Positions 20,246-30,330 of a stretch of 64,000 bases of DNA are shown here, in pieces. Numbering within the stretch: position 1 is the first letter of the stretch; every line of letters begins with the position of its first letter. The translations under genes and the position numbers were made by a program. The stretch comes from Minisyncoccota bacterium (GTDB taxonomy: Bacteria > Patescibacteriota > Minisyncoccia > Phycocordibacterales > UBA9973), in contig DAOQAL010000001.1 in the NCBI GenBank assembly GCA_035353995.1, positions 4,020 to 68,019 on the forward strand, in the 5' to 3' direction. The notes beneath the pieces were generated by a model. The model saw nothing but the letters and a program-made list of their open reading frames with translations. It did no database searches and had not been told where the DNA came from.

Positions 20246-20803
20246 TAGAGTAACTGTTCTTTTTGCCTCAAATTCGCGACTTGAGAGATTCTCGGGAACG
20301 AGAAACCCTGTCTTTGTGCCCCACAAAAGTGGGTGGAAAGTTAGAAGAACAGTCTCCTTAATATTAGATTACCCGCAAAAAGCGGTTCAATGATGGATGC
20401 AAATTTCTGTTTTTACGAAAAATCTCGCCAACCGTACCCGGGAAAAGGGACTTATCTCGAGAAAAGCCCCTGTGTATAAGCGGTAACGGAAATGAATCAC
20501 ACACTGGAAAAACATTGCCATAAACCGAATAGGTGCACACTTTGGAATGCCAGTGTGGTCAGGTGTCAAAGCTGGACAAAATTGTGTCCAGAAAAATACG
20601 TGTCGCAGGCGCTGTCATACGGTATACCTAGTTTAGATTCAGCATTCATCCAAGCTCAATTATCCTTTCCGGTGGGAGGCGCTGAGCACGCATTACAGGC
20701 ATTACCCGGAAATTATTCTTCCCAGCCAGCCATAACCATAATGGTTCATGAAATTTCGCCGGAGAAGAGCAGAGCCGTCCCAAGTTATCGGACGGCTTTT
20801 TTT
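20246..20803 (+). ncRNA. Candidate large structured non-coding RNA of unknown class
   Basis: GC-enriched ~550 nt with many nested helices, an upstream promoter and a downstream terminator; the overlapping ORFs look spurious. Confidence 0.65.
20773..20803 (+). terminator. Intrinsic terminator ending the + strand transcript
   Basis: agccgtcc-caagttatc-ggacggct followed by a T tract. Confidence 0.85.
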
Positions 20804-20821
20804 ATTTTATCTACTTCCGGG

Positions 20822-22540
20822 TTACATTTTTTCTGGAGTTTTTATACCAAGAAGCCAGAGACCATTTTTCATAGTCTGATAAAAAGATTTAACAAGTTCT
20901 AAATGATAAATAATATATTTATTATCATTTTCTAAAATTTTTGTATTTCCATAAAAAGTATTAAATGCGCTAGCAAGTTCTACAAGATAAGTAGCTATAT
21001 AATGTGGAGCAAATTCTTTATAAGAACGATTTACTATTTCTACAAATTGATAAAGCATTTTTTCTAAATCTGTAATTTCTTTTGGAATTTCTTTGCCATT
21101 TTTTAAATTAAATTCTTTGGATTTTTGAATAATTGAATTTGCACGAACAGCCGTATATTGTAAATAAGGCCCAGAATCACCCTCAAAAGAAATTGATTTT
21201 TCAAAATCAAAAATAATATCACTTCCGATTGAAGATTTTAATATGGAATATTTTAAAGATGAAACTCCAACAATTTCAGCAATATTTTCTTTTTCTATAT
21301 CAGAAAATTCTCGTTTAGAAATTTTTTCTCTAATCATATTTAACGAATCGTTAAGTAATGATTCACCAGTTACTATATTTCCTTTTCTAGATGACATCTT
21401 TCCATCTGCCAAACGCATCATACCGTGAGTAATATGTTTCATTCTCTTTTCTAAATCAGGATGCATAATAGAAATTGCTTTTTGTACAACTCTCATATAT
21501 TCAGCTTGTTCACTAGCAGTTGTTACAATAGATAAATCTAATTTTTTTCCAAATAAATTTTTCTTAAATTTAGTTAGTGTTAAACCCAATTCTTTGGCTT
21601 CGTACGTTGGTAATTGTTGAGAATTTACAAACACTCTCGTATGCAATTTTGGGTCATATTTCTCACCATGAAAAACGATAGCCCCATCAGATTCTTCAAA
21701 AATATTTCCTATATTTTTTTCCACAATCTTTTTACCGATTTCAGCCATTTCAGATTCAAAATAATATTTATCAAATTTTGTACCAAGCAATTTATATATT
21801 TCTTCAAATGCTTCTAGAGTTATTTTTCTTCCCCAATTATATATTTTATTTATTTCATCATCAGTTTTATCGTAAATTTTTTTATTTATTATATCAATTT
21901 CTTTTTTAGCATTTTCATCATTTTCGTAAGCATCATTTCCTTTTACATAAATTTCTCCTATAAAACGCGCTTTTTCTGCAATCGTTTTTTTTGTATCAGG
22001 TAAACCAAATTTTTTTAATCCATAAATAGCTTTTGCTACATGAGGACCGACATCGCCTTGATAATTTGCGCGAATCACTTCTGCTCCAGAAAATTCAACA
22101 ATTCTAGAAATTGATTCCCCTATTGCATTACTCATTAAGTGCCCAATATGAAATGGTTTAAAAGGATTTGGTTGAGTATATTCAATCATAACTTTTTTAC
22201 CTAACAATGTTTTTTCTTTTCCCCAATTCTCTTTTTGTTTTAAAATTTCTTTTACACTATAGGTAAAAAATTCTCGTGATAAATAAAAATTTATAAAACC
22301 AGGACCAGCAATTTCTATTTTTTCTATTTCTTTAATTTTATTTTTTAGTAACTCTTCAACTATTTTTACAGCAAGATCTCTTGGTGTTTTTTCTAATTGT
22401 TTTGAACAAGCAAGAGCTACATTAGTAGAATAGTCCCCATTATTAAAATTCTCTGGATGCTCAACTACAAATTCACTATCCCATTCTATTTCAAGATTTT
22501 TTAAAGCATCCCTGATTAAATTTTTTATTCGTTCTTTCAT
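20822..22540 (-). CDS. argS: Arginine--tRNA ligase
   Basis: GDYSTN.A, AGPGFINF, PNPFKPFHIGH, KMSSRKG, GDSGPYLQY; start adjusted to MKERIK. Confidence 0.97.
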   Translation of the reverse strand: MKERIKNLIRDALKNLEIEWDSEFVVEHPENFNNGDYSTNVALACSKQLEKTPRDLAVKIVEELLKNKIKEIEKIEIAGPGFINFYLSREFFTYSVKEILKQKENWGKEKTLLGKKVMIEYTQPNPFKPFHIGHLMSNAIGESISRIVEFSGAEVIRANYQGDVGPHVAKAIYGLKKFGLPDTKKTIAEKARFIGEIYVKGNDAYENDENAKKEIDIINKKIYDKTDDEINKIYNWGRKITLEAFEEIYKLLGTKFDKYYFESEMAEIGKKIVEKNIGNIFEESDGAIVFHGEKYDPKLHTRVFVNSQQLPTYEAKELGLTLTKFKKNLFGKKLDLSIVTTASEQAEYMRVVQKAISIMHPDLEKRMKHITHGMMRLADGKMSSRKGNIVTGESLLNDSLNMIREKISKREFSDIEKENIAEIVGVSSLKYSILKSSIGSDIIFDFEKSISFEGDSGPYLQYTAVRANSIIQKSKEFNLKNGKEIPKEITDLEKMLYQFVEIVNRSYKEFAPHYIATYLVELASAFNTFYGNTKILENDNKYIIYHLELVKSFYQTMKNGLWLLGIKTPEKM

Positions 22541-22541
22541 C

Positions 22542-22970
22542 TTATTTATGACCAGTCGTTCCAAAACCTCCACGACTATTATTATTCATAGATTCAACTT
22601 CTTCCCATTCTGCTAAATCAATTTTTATAAAAACGCCCTGCCCTAATCTTTCTCCTTTTTCTATTTCAACACTATTATCATTTAAATTATAAACTTGTAA
22701 TAATATTTCATCTGATTCTCCACAATAATCATTGTCTATATAACCAGTAGTAACTAAAAGTCCTTTCTTTTTTAACGTGCTAGATCTATCTTTAATTTCA
22801 AGCATATATCCTTTTGGTGTAGCGATAATAATATTAGTTGGAAGTCTTTCCAAGGTTTTTGGTTGAATTACAGTATCTACACGAGAATACAAATCAAAAG
22901 CCACAGCTCCCTCTGTATGATATATCGGCAATGGTAAAGTTTTATCTATACGTTTAATTTTGACTTTCAT
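22542..22970 (-). CDS. dut: dUTP diphosphatase
   Basis: AFDL, RSS, GYIDNDYCG, GERLGQ, RGGFGTTG. Confidence 0.96.
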   Translation of the reverse strand: MKVKIKRIDKTLPLPIYHTEGAVAFDLYSRVDTVIQPKTLERLPTNIIIATPKGYMLEIKDRSSTLKKKGLLVTTGYIDNDYCGESDEILLQVYNLNDNSVEIEKGERLGQGVFIKIDLAEWEEVESMNNNSRGGFGTTGHK

Positions 22971-22971
22971 A

Positions 22972-23679
22972 TTATTTTTTAATTACTTTTTTAACTTTCT
23001 CATAAATTATTTCGTGAATTTTTTCTCTTGTCATTATCTTTCCTTTTTCTGCACACTCTATTTTTATAAAATTCGGAACTTCTTTTTCTAATTTTAGCGC
23101 ACTCTTTCTTGAATTAATTAAATGTTGTACATCACTTTCTGCTACATCTTTTCCTCTTTTTAGATATTCTCTTTGCATTTTACTACTGCTTCTATGCTCT
23201 AAAAGCTCCAGAACAATTTTTATTGGCAAACTTAAATAAAAAGTAATGTCTGGTCTTGGAATTCCAAAAACTTCGTACTCCATGCGATCAAGCCATTTTA
23301 GAAAATCATCTCTTCTTTTTGCATCTTTTGTTTTTCCTCCTTGGTGAATTTGATTAGCTGAAACATATCTATTAGCAATTACGATATACCCCTTCTTTAA
23401 CCAATTTCGCATTTCATCACTAGATTCCCAACGATCAGCTGCATATAAAACAGAAGCAATTTTCGGATGTACATTTAGAAAATTATAATATTGTTCTGAT
23501 AAACAATGACCGATAAAAGCACCAAAGAAATTTTTATAATATTCTGGAAAATCAACAACCTTTACTTTAAAACCATCTTTTTTTAAACGCTTAGTCAAAT
23601 AAGCGACTTGCGTAGCTTTTCCACTACCATCAGTACCATCAATAACTATTAATTTACCCTTAAATTTTTGTTTCTTCAT
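22972..23679 (-). CDS. tmk: Thymidylate kinase
   Basis: IDGTDGSGKATQ P-loop, LYAADR, NRY, PD. Confidence 0.93.
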   Translation of the reverse strand: MKKQKFKGKLIVIDGTDGSGKATQVAYLTKRLKKDGFKVKVVDFPEYYKNFFGAFIGHCLSEQYYNFLNVHPKIASVLYAADRWESSDEMRNWLKKGYIVIANRYVSANQIHQGGKTKDAKRRDDFLKWLDRMEYEVFGIPRPDITFYLSLPIKIVLELLEHRSSSKMQREYLKRGKDVAESDVQHLINSRKSALKLEKEVPNFIKIECAEKGKIMTREKIHEIIYEKVKKVIKK

Positions 23680-23681
23680 TT

Positions 23682-24011
23682 TTAAAAATTAAAAATCTTA
23701 ATAAATCTTTTTATAACAATAAAACAATATCCCCACAAAAATGGAAGCCATATTGGCATTAAACTAAAAAGAGAATTCCTTTCAAAGGTTTCAACTTTTA
23801 CATTAGTGAAAATAAATTCGTATAATATTATTATAAAAAATCCTATAAAAAATAACTTAACTTCTTTTCTTTCTCTTTTTATAAAGAGAGAAGTCATTAT
23901 AATAAAAATATATGCAAGAGAAAGAAGATAATCATCATGAATAACAGTGATAAGCCATATCATCAATACGACAGGAATCATATTTGCAAAAAAAATTAAT
24001 ACTTTTTTCAT
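23682..24011 (-). CDS. Small integral membrane protein
   Basis: 3-4 TM helices, P.WLPFLWG motif. Confidence 0.7.
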   Translation of the reverse strand: MKKVLIFFANMIPVVLMIWLITVIHDDYLLSLAYIFIIMTSLFIKRERKEVKLFFIGFFIIILYEFIFTNVKVETFERNSLFSLMPIWLPFLWGYCFIVIKRFIKIFNF

Positions 24012-24057
24012 AAATTATGATATTTTTCCTGTTTTAATTTTTTCTCTATTTCAATCA

Positions 24058-25257
24058 TTATTTTTTTCTTAAAATCTTATTTATTTTTCTAGCAATTACT
24101 ATCATGCTTTTTTCTTTTTTACCTCTAGTGGTTTCAGCATAAGTACCAAGTCTAATTCCTGAAGGATCCATTGCACTTCTTCCTTCGCCAGGAATAGTAT
24201 TCATATTCACAATAATTCCTGCTTTTTCAAGTCTTTCGCTAGCATCTTTTCCTGGAATACCAGCGCCATTCATCCATGTATCTAATAAAATTAAATGCGA
24301 ATCAGTTCCACCAGAAATTACATGCCAACCTAATTTTTGAAGTTCTTCAGCAAGTACTTTTGCATTTTTAACAACTTGCTTTGCATATTTTTTGAATGCC
24401 ATCGTATCTGCTTCTTTCAGTGCAATAGCAACTCCAGCAATATTATTTTCATGAGGTCCTCCAAAAAGACCTGGTATTACCATTTTATCTATTTTTTTAT
24501 CAAAATCTCTTCTAGCACCTGGCAATGTATCTGGGCTGTCTTTTTTTACAAAAAGAATTGCCTGTCGTGGGCCACGAAGAGATTTATGAGTAGTTGTCAT
24601 AACAGAATCTGCGTATGGGAATGGAGATGGATATACACCTCCTGCAACTAGTCCGGCAAAATGCGACATATCTATATGAAGAAGGGCACCACAAGCGTCA
24701 GCAATTTCTCTAAATTTTTTAAAATCAACAATTCTTGGATAAGCAGTAAAACCAGCAACGATGATACTAGGCATTTCAGTCATTGCAATTTGTTTTAATT
24801 TTTCATAATCAATTACTTCTGTTTCCGGGTCAACTTCAAATTGAACAGGTTTCCAAAGTTTTCCTGTCATTGATAAATGATGACCATGAGTCAAATGCCC
24901 ACCAGAAATAAGTTTCATTCCCATAATTTTATTTCCAATTGGTACCAATGCGGAATATAAAGCAAAATTTGCTGGACTTCCAGATAAAAGTTGAACATTT
25001 ACATGCCAATCTTCTTTTTTTAATTTAAAAAGTTTTAAAGCTCGTTCGATACAAAGAAGCTCAACCTTATCAATTACAGAATTGCCACCATAATATCGCC
25101 TGCCAGGATATCCTTCAGCATATTTATTTGTAAGTTCAGAACCTAATGCTTGTAAAACATCTTTTGAAACATAATTCTCTGAAGCGATTAGATTTATAAC
25201 ATTTTTTTGTCTTTTCGCTTCACTTTTAATAAGTTTTTCTATTTGTTTATCTCGCAT
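24058..25257 (-). CDS. glyA: Serine hydroxymethyltransferase
   Basis: LIASEN, NKYAEGYPGRRYYGG, GGHLTHG, TTTHKSLRGPR, SGIRLGT. Confidence 0.98.
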   Translation of the reverse strand: MRDKQIEKLIKSEAKRQKNVINLIASENYVSKDVLQALGSELTNKYAEGYPGRRYYGGNSVIDKVELLCIERALKLFKLKKEDWHVNVQLLSGSPANFALYSALVPIGNKIMGMKLISGGHLTHGHHLSMTGKLWKPVQFEVDPETEVIDYEKLKQIAMTEMPSIIVAGFTAYPRIVDFKKFREIADACGALLHIDMSHFAGLVAGGVYPSPFPYADSVMTTTHKSLRGPRQAILFVKKDSPDTLPGARRDFDKKIDKMVIPGLFGGPHENNIAGVAIALKEADTMAFKKYAKQVVKNAKVLAEELQKLGWHVISGGTDSHLILLDTWMNGAGIPGKDASERLEKAGIIVNMNTIPGEGRSAMDPSGIRLGTYAETTRGKKEKSMIVIARKINKILRKK

Positions 25258-26105
25258 ACTCCAATTTTATCACATTTTACTATTATTGTACCAAGTTGAT
25301 CTGTGCGAAGAACTTTTACTCCCAAATCAGAGAAAATGCCCAAAATTTCAGGTGCTGGATGATTATATTTATTATTTTTCCCAACAGAAATTAAAGCATA
25401 TTCTGGAGAGACAATTTTTAAAAAGTTTATAGAAGAAGAATACTTTGATCCATGATGTCCTGCTTTTAAAATGTAACTTTGAAGTTTTTCTTTAGAATTT
25501 TCTTTTAAAATTAAATCTTCTGTTTTATTAGTGGCATCTCCAGTAAGCATAATTTTTACATTTCCATAAGAAAGCCTAGCTACGATAGAACCTTCGTTTG
25601 TTGGCCAGCTTGTAACATTACGATCTGGAAATAAAATATCAATCTGTGCACCATCTCCTAAATCAAGTTTCATTCCTTTTTTTGCTAAGATATTTGGGAT
25701 TTTCTTTTTTATTATTTCTTCTTCAAGATTTTTATAAGTTCTAGAATCACTCCATGTACCAGATTCAAAAATTGTTCCAACTTTATAAACTTTCAAAACA
25801 TCCAAAATTCCACCAATATGATCTTGATCTGGATTTGTAATAATTATTGCATCGAGACTTCTATCAAAAGCAGGCATTTCTTTTTTAAGAGCACTTAAAA
25901 TTTTTTCAGATGGTCCACCATCGATAAGAACTTGTACTCCAGAAGGCGACTTTATCAAAAGTGAATCACCTTGCCCAACATCGAACATTGAAAAACTAAA
26001 TTTTTTATTAGAATTTTGCAAGTCTGCTCTTATAACAAGAAATGCAAAAAATAAAAGAATGAAAGTAAAAATTAATAAACTATATTTTTTAAAACTTTCT
26101 GACAT
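25239..26105 (-). CDS. ComEC-type metallo-beta-lactamase-fold nuclease (stand-alone domain)
   Basis: FDVGQGDS, LIDGG, PDQDHIGG, LTGD, HHGS, SVGKNN.Y.HP, RTD..G. Confidence 0.92.
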   Translation of the reverse strand: MSESFKKYSLLIFTFILLFFAFLVIRADLQNSNKKFSFSMFDVGQGDSLLIKSPSGVQVLIDGGPSEKILSALKKEMPAFDRSLDAIIITNPDQDHIGGILDVLKVYKVGTIFESGTWSDSRTYKNLEEEIIKKKIPNILAKKGMKLDLGDGAQIDILFPDRNVTSWPTNEGSIVARLSYGNVKIMLTGDATNKTEDLILKENSKEKLQSYILKAGHHGSKYSSSINFLKIVSPEYALISVGKNNKYNHPAPEILGIFSDLGVKVLRTDQLGTIIVKCDKIGVCEINK

Positions 26106-26146
26106 ATTGTAATTTTATCATGTAAATATTTATTGATAGAAATTGT

Positions 26147-27661
26147 TTATGAATTCAAAAACAAAAATTTTTTTATACTTCTACCAAAAAGAATGTAGGT
26201 AAAATAGCCATAAATAGCTATCGTTAATAGAAGCGGAAAATTGCTTATAGATAAAGAAGCAAATGGTAGTCTGGCTAAAGAATCAATAACCCAAAGCTCG
26301 TAAGATAACAATATTTGAGCTATGGCTCCTAAAGGAATTGCAAGCACATACCAAACCATACCAAATACTCCTGTTAAAAAACCAAAAAACATAGTCATAG
26401 GAATAAAAGGTAATACTAAAATATTCGCAGGCAGAGCAACTAAAGACAAATTTCCCATTTTGTATAAAATAAAAGGCAAAACAAAAATGTAAGTAGCACT
26501 TGTTACTGATATGATATCTCGCAAACCAAATCTAGTAGTGATCCAAGTAAAATATTTTTCAAATCTTGGAGAAATAAAAATCACAGCAATCGTTGCCAAG
26601 AAAGATAATTGAAAAGATACATCATAAATCAAAAGAAACGGATTAAAAATAAGCATAACTACACCAGCAAAAATCAATGCACGCACAACATCATAATTTC
26701 GTCCAGTTGCACGTGCTAAAAGTGCCAGCACCGACATAACTCCCGCTCTAATAGCAGTAGAACTTGCTCCAGTCATTAAAATAAAAAGAAAAATTGAAAA
26801 AATTCCGAATCCAATTGCAAAATTTTGTGGTCCGATACTTCCAAAACTTAGTGGTGCTAAAATGAACATAAAAAGTTTCATAATCCATTCGGCAATAATT
26901 GTAATATTGTATCCAGAAAGAGCAACAATATGAATTGTTCCAGTATTAATAAAGTTTTTTCGTAATTCTTCACTAAAAGAGGCACGCTCCCCTAAAATAA
27001 GCCCACCCATTAAAAGATTTTCCGGTTCAACTATTTCTGTATTTATTTTTTCTAAAAATTTTTCTTTTACTTGAAAAAGCGTGGCTTTAATTTTATTTCC
27101 TTCTCCACTTGCCAAGAATTTTATTTTTGGATATTTCATTAAAAAATGAATTCCATCTTTTCTTAAATAATTTACATAGTCAAATACTTTACCTTGATCA
27201 GTGGTAAAATTTTCCGGTTTTTCCAATTTGCCGAACAAACTTACCTTCTCACCATATTGATATATTTCATTTCTTCCAGTCGTAACTAAAATTTTATTAC
27301 CAGTTTTTGTTTTTATTACCAAGCTCTGCGTATTTTCTTTTTGACTTGGTTCGTCAATTACAATTCCAGATAAATTTATTTTTTCTCCTACAATAACAGT
27401 CTGACCGCTTATTTCATCCAATAAAATTGGGTCTATTTTGTCAGAAAAATTAAATCTTAAAATTCCCAAAAAAGTTGCAAGTATAAAAAACCCAAAAACA
27501 ATTCCATATTTATTTTTAGAAATTAAAATAAAAAATAAAAGTATGGCAAAAGATATAATGCCAAAAAGTATTGTCGTATAAAAATTTATAGAAACAAAAG
27601 AACGCAAAAATACTCCAAAAATAAAGCCGAAGCATATTGCAAAAAAAATTTTGTCTCGCAT
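26147..27661 (-). CDS. comEC: ComEC/Rec2 DNA-uptake channel (OB/DUF4131 plus competence domain)
   Basis: GTIHIVALSGYN, RA.VM, SFQLSF.AT, AN..VLP. Confidence 0.94.
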   Translation of the reverse strand: MRDKIFFAICFGFIFGVFLRSFVSINFYTTILFGIISFAILLFFILISKNKYGIVFGFFILATFLGILRFNFSDKIDPILLDEISGQTVIVGEKINLSGIVIDEPSQKENTQSLVIKTKTGNKILVTTGRNEIYQYGEKVSLFGKLEKPENFTTDQGKVFDYVNYLRKDGIHFLMKYPKIKFLASGEGNKIKATLFQVKEKFLEKINTEIVEPENLLMGGLILGERASFSEELRKNFINTGTIHIVALSGYNITIIAEWIMKLFMFILAPLSFGSIGPQNFAIGFGIFSIFLFILMTGASSTAIRAGVMSVLALLARATGRNYDVVRALIFAGVVMLIFNPFLLIYDVSFQLSFLATIAVIFISPRFEKYFTWITTRFGLRDIISVTSATYIFVLPFILYKMGNLSLVALPANILVLPFIPMTMFFGFLTGVFGMVWYVLAIPLGAIAQILLSYELWVIDSLARLPFASLSISNFPLLLTIAIYGYFTYILFGRSIKKFLFLNS

Positions 27662-27674
27662 TTTAATTTAATCT

Positions 27675-28199
27675 CTAAAGAGAAAAATCAAAAAGTCTTT
27701 CGTATTCTTTTACATTACCCCTAAATAATAAAAAATGTTTTCCTGATGAAAACGAAGTAGCAATTTCATCACATCTTTCATTTAAAGAAACACCATCGTG
27801 CCCTTTTACTTTTACCCATTCTATTTTATATTTCATTTTTAAATTATTTTCTAACTTAAAAAGAATTTCCCATAAGTCCTGATTTAAAACAGGATCTTTT
27901 GAAGCAGTTCTCCAATTATTTTTTATCCAAGAATAAATCCACATAGTAATTCCATTAAGCAAATAAGCGGAATCTGTGTGAATAATTATATTTTTTATTT
28001 TTGGTTTCCTTTTTTCAATTTCTTTCAATGCTTCTATTGCTGCTGTCATTTCCATTCTATTATTTGTAGACTGTGCATCCCTTGCACCAAGCTCTATAAC
28101 TTTTCCTTCGGGCATTACTATAATGCTACCCCATCCTCCAGGACCAGGATTTCCAAGAGAAGATCCATCCGTATAAATTATAATTTCATTTTTTTTCAT
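27675..28199 (-). CDS. rnhA: Ribonuclease HI
   Basis: YTDGSS.GNPGPGG, TNNRME, TDS.Y, N.DLW, VKGH, NERCD. Confidence 0.96.
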   Translation of the reverse strand: MKKNEIIIYTDGSSLGNPGPGGWGSIIVMPEGKVIELGARDAQSTNNRMEMTAAIEALKEIEKRKPKIKNIIIHTDSAYLLNGITMWIYSWIKNNWRTASKDPVLNQDLWEILFKLENNLKMKYKIEWVKVKGHDGVSLNERCDEIATSFSSGKHFLLFRGNVKEYERLFDFSL

Positions 28200-28223
28200 A
28201 AATATATTATATATTAAAACTTA

Positions 28224-29882
28224 TTATCCTGTTATATCGACTATCCTTAATCTTAATTCTTCTTTCCCTTTAAATCTCGATAAATCAAGCGTTGCAAACA
28301 AATCTACTTTTTTATTTTCTTCCAAAGGAGCACTAAACGAGTCTGTTGATGAAAAAAATGAAATTCCATTTTTTTTATTTCCAGATGAATCCGAAAAAAT
28401 TATTTCTAGATGTTCTCCAGAACCATTTTTCCCAAATTTTTTTATTTTTTCTATATTTAAACTATTAAATCGAAAAACGGGTTTAGGATTTTCTAAACCA
28501 AAAGGTGCAAGTTTTTCAACTTCTTTATAATTTTTCATATTTACAAAAGAAAGATCTTTTCTCAAAATAAATTCTTCTATTTCTGTTTCATTTTTATTTG
28601 TTTTTATTTTTTCATAAAAATTAGAAAGTGTTTCTTCTAGAAGGTGTATTTTCTCATCATAAACAGTAAAACCTCCAGCTAATTCATGCCCACCAAATTC
28701 TATAAAATGGTCTGTAGCTGCTGTCATAAGTTCAACAACAGAAACTGAGCCATCAGATCGGCAAGATCCTTTTATTAAATTATTTTCATCTCTACCCCAA
28801 ACAAAAACAGGCTTTTCGTATTCATCTGCTATTTTTCCAGCTACAAGTCCAAGTACGCCAATACGCCAAGATGGATTTCCAATTACAATCACATCTCTCA
28901 TTTCTCTTTTTTCAAAATTTCTTTTTACTTCACGAACAATACCTGCAACTACAACTTTTCTATTATCATTTATTTTCAACAAATGATTAACTAAATTTCC
29001 AGCTTCAATTTCATCATCTGTAGAAAGAAGTTCATATGCTCTAATAGGATCATCCATGCGAGAGGCTGCATTTAATTTTGGTGTAACCATAAAACCAATA
29101 TCATCTTCTGTAATATATCTTTTATCTATATTCATTTTTGATAATAGTTTTTGTAAACCCAAGCGGTGAGTTTTTTTTAGTACCGTCATGCCAAAATATG
29201 AAATTACACGATTCTCGCCTACAAGAGGAACCATGTCAGAAAGAGTTGCAAGAGCAACCATATCTAATGCCCACTTTTCCCAGCCTTCATTTATTTTATA
29301 AAACTCTCCATACTTTTTTATAAAACCTTGAATCAATTTAAAAACAACACCAGCACCACAAAGCATTTTTTCTGGATAATTATCAATTTTAGGATTTAAA
29401 ATTGCATAAGCTCGAGGAATATTTTTTTGCGATAAATGGTGATCTGTAATAATTACATCTATACCATTACTTTCTGCTTGCGCAACTTCTTCAATTGCAG
29501 TAATACCAAGATCGATTGTAATTAATAATTTTACATTTTTGTTTATAAATTCTTTTATTGCATCAATACTAAGCCCATAACCTTCAGAATTTCTTTGTGG
29601 AATATATACTTCGAAATTTTTAAAGTTAATTTTTTTGAATAGATCTTGTAAAATAACAGCACCAGGAATTCCATCAGCATCATAATCAGAATAAATTATT
29701 ATTTTTTCTTTTGCCTCTATTGCTTCAAAAATTCGGACACAAGAACACTCCATATCTTTCATCAAAAAAGGATCATGCATATCTCTTTCGTAATTTGGAT
29801 TTAAAAAAGCTTCTGCTTTTTCTTTATCAAGAATTCCTATTTTTTTCAAAAGTATCTGTAACAGTTCAGAATATTTTTCCAT
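28224..29882 (-). CDS. recJ: ssDNA exonuclease RecJ
   Basis: DYDADG, TDHH, P.LNAASR, GSCRS, GGHELAGG, PFG..NPKP. Confidence 0.96.
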   Translation of the reverse strand: MEKYSELLQILLKKIGILDKEKAEAFLNPNYERDMHDPFLMKDMECSCVRIFEAIEAKEKIIIYSDYDADGIPGAVILQDLFKKINFKNFEVYIPQRNSEGYGLSIDAIKEFINKNVKLLITIDLGITAIEEVAQAESNGIDVIITDHHLSQKNIPRAYAILNPKIDNYPEKMLCGAGVVFKLIQGFIKKYGEFYKINEGWEKWALDMVALATLSDMVPLVGENRVISYFGMTVLKKTHRLGLQKLLSKMNIDKRYITEDDIGFMVTPKLNAASRMDDPIRAYELLSTDDEIEAGNLVNHLLKINDNRKVVVAGIVREVKRNFEKREMRDVIVIGNPSWRIGVLGLVAGKIADEYEKPVFVWGRDENNLIKGSCRSDGSVSVVELMTAATDHFIEFGGHELAGGFTVYDEKIHLLEETLSNFYEKIKTNKNETEIEEFILRKDLSFVNMKNYKEVEKLAPFGLENPKPVFRFNSLNIEKIKKFGKNGSGEHLEIIFSDSSGNKKNGISFFSSTDSFSAPLEENKKVDLFATLDLSRFKGKEELRLRIVDITG

Positions 29883-29918
29883 TTGGAAAGTATATCACAC
29901 TGTGTTTTTCAATATTCG

Positions 29919-29946
29919 TTGACATTAATGAGTATTTTGGTATAAT
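29919..29946 (+). promoter_or_regulatory. Consensus sigma70 promoter for orphan ORF
   Basis: TTGACA-16nt-TATAAT with extended TG. Confidence 0.7.
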
Positions 29947-29990
29947 AAAAGAGGAAAAAATATAGTATTAACCTCTTAAAAAAAATTCAA

Positions 29991-30314
29991 ATGTGTAATC
30001 CTATTCCTAAAAAGTGGAACCCCAAAAAAGCGGTTCTCGGTACATCGTATTGTTTCGATGAAAACAAAACAGTAGGAAGCATTTACTGGACCCCGGTAAG
30101 AGAAAAATTTACCAGGGGAGAGAAAGTCTCAGACGAGGATTTGAGAAAAGGAGATCCCGGCGACAAACTAAAAAACATAGTTGTCCGAGATGGAATACTT
30201 ATTTCCAAAAAAAATGGTTGCTTCGTATTTACGGGATACAAAATCGTTGCGTGTCCCAATGGTAGATTCAAAAAAAGTACCCGGAGAAAAAGAATCTTTG
30301 AAATACCGAAATAG
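29991..30314 (+). CDS. Orphan basic hypothetical protein in its own transcription unit
   Basis: 107-aa ORF with own promoter and terminator; GC-richer codons than its neighbours. Confidence 0.65.
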   Translation: MCNPIPKKWNPKKAVLGTSYCFDENKTVGSIYWTPVREKFTRGEKVSDEDLRKGDPGDKLKNIVVRDGILISKKNGCFVFTGYKIVACPNGRFKKSTRRKRIFEIPK

Positions 30315-30330
30315 CAACCTGCTTTTATAC

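Noticed and set aside
20246-20803. Assignment as RNase P RNA, tmRNA, SRP RNA or group II intron
   Set aside because: There is no GAGGAAAGUCC/P4 pair, no tRNA-like ends or tag peptide, and no SRP GGAA/AGCAG loop. The gagccg at 20772 belongs to a terminator, not intron domain V.
19909-20902. ORFs 19909-20142, 20211-20393, 20387-20569 and 20492-20902
   Set aside because: They have atypical composition, overlap the T-box, the terminator or argS, and show no family motifs. RNA structure explains the region better.
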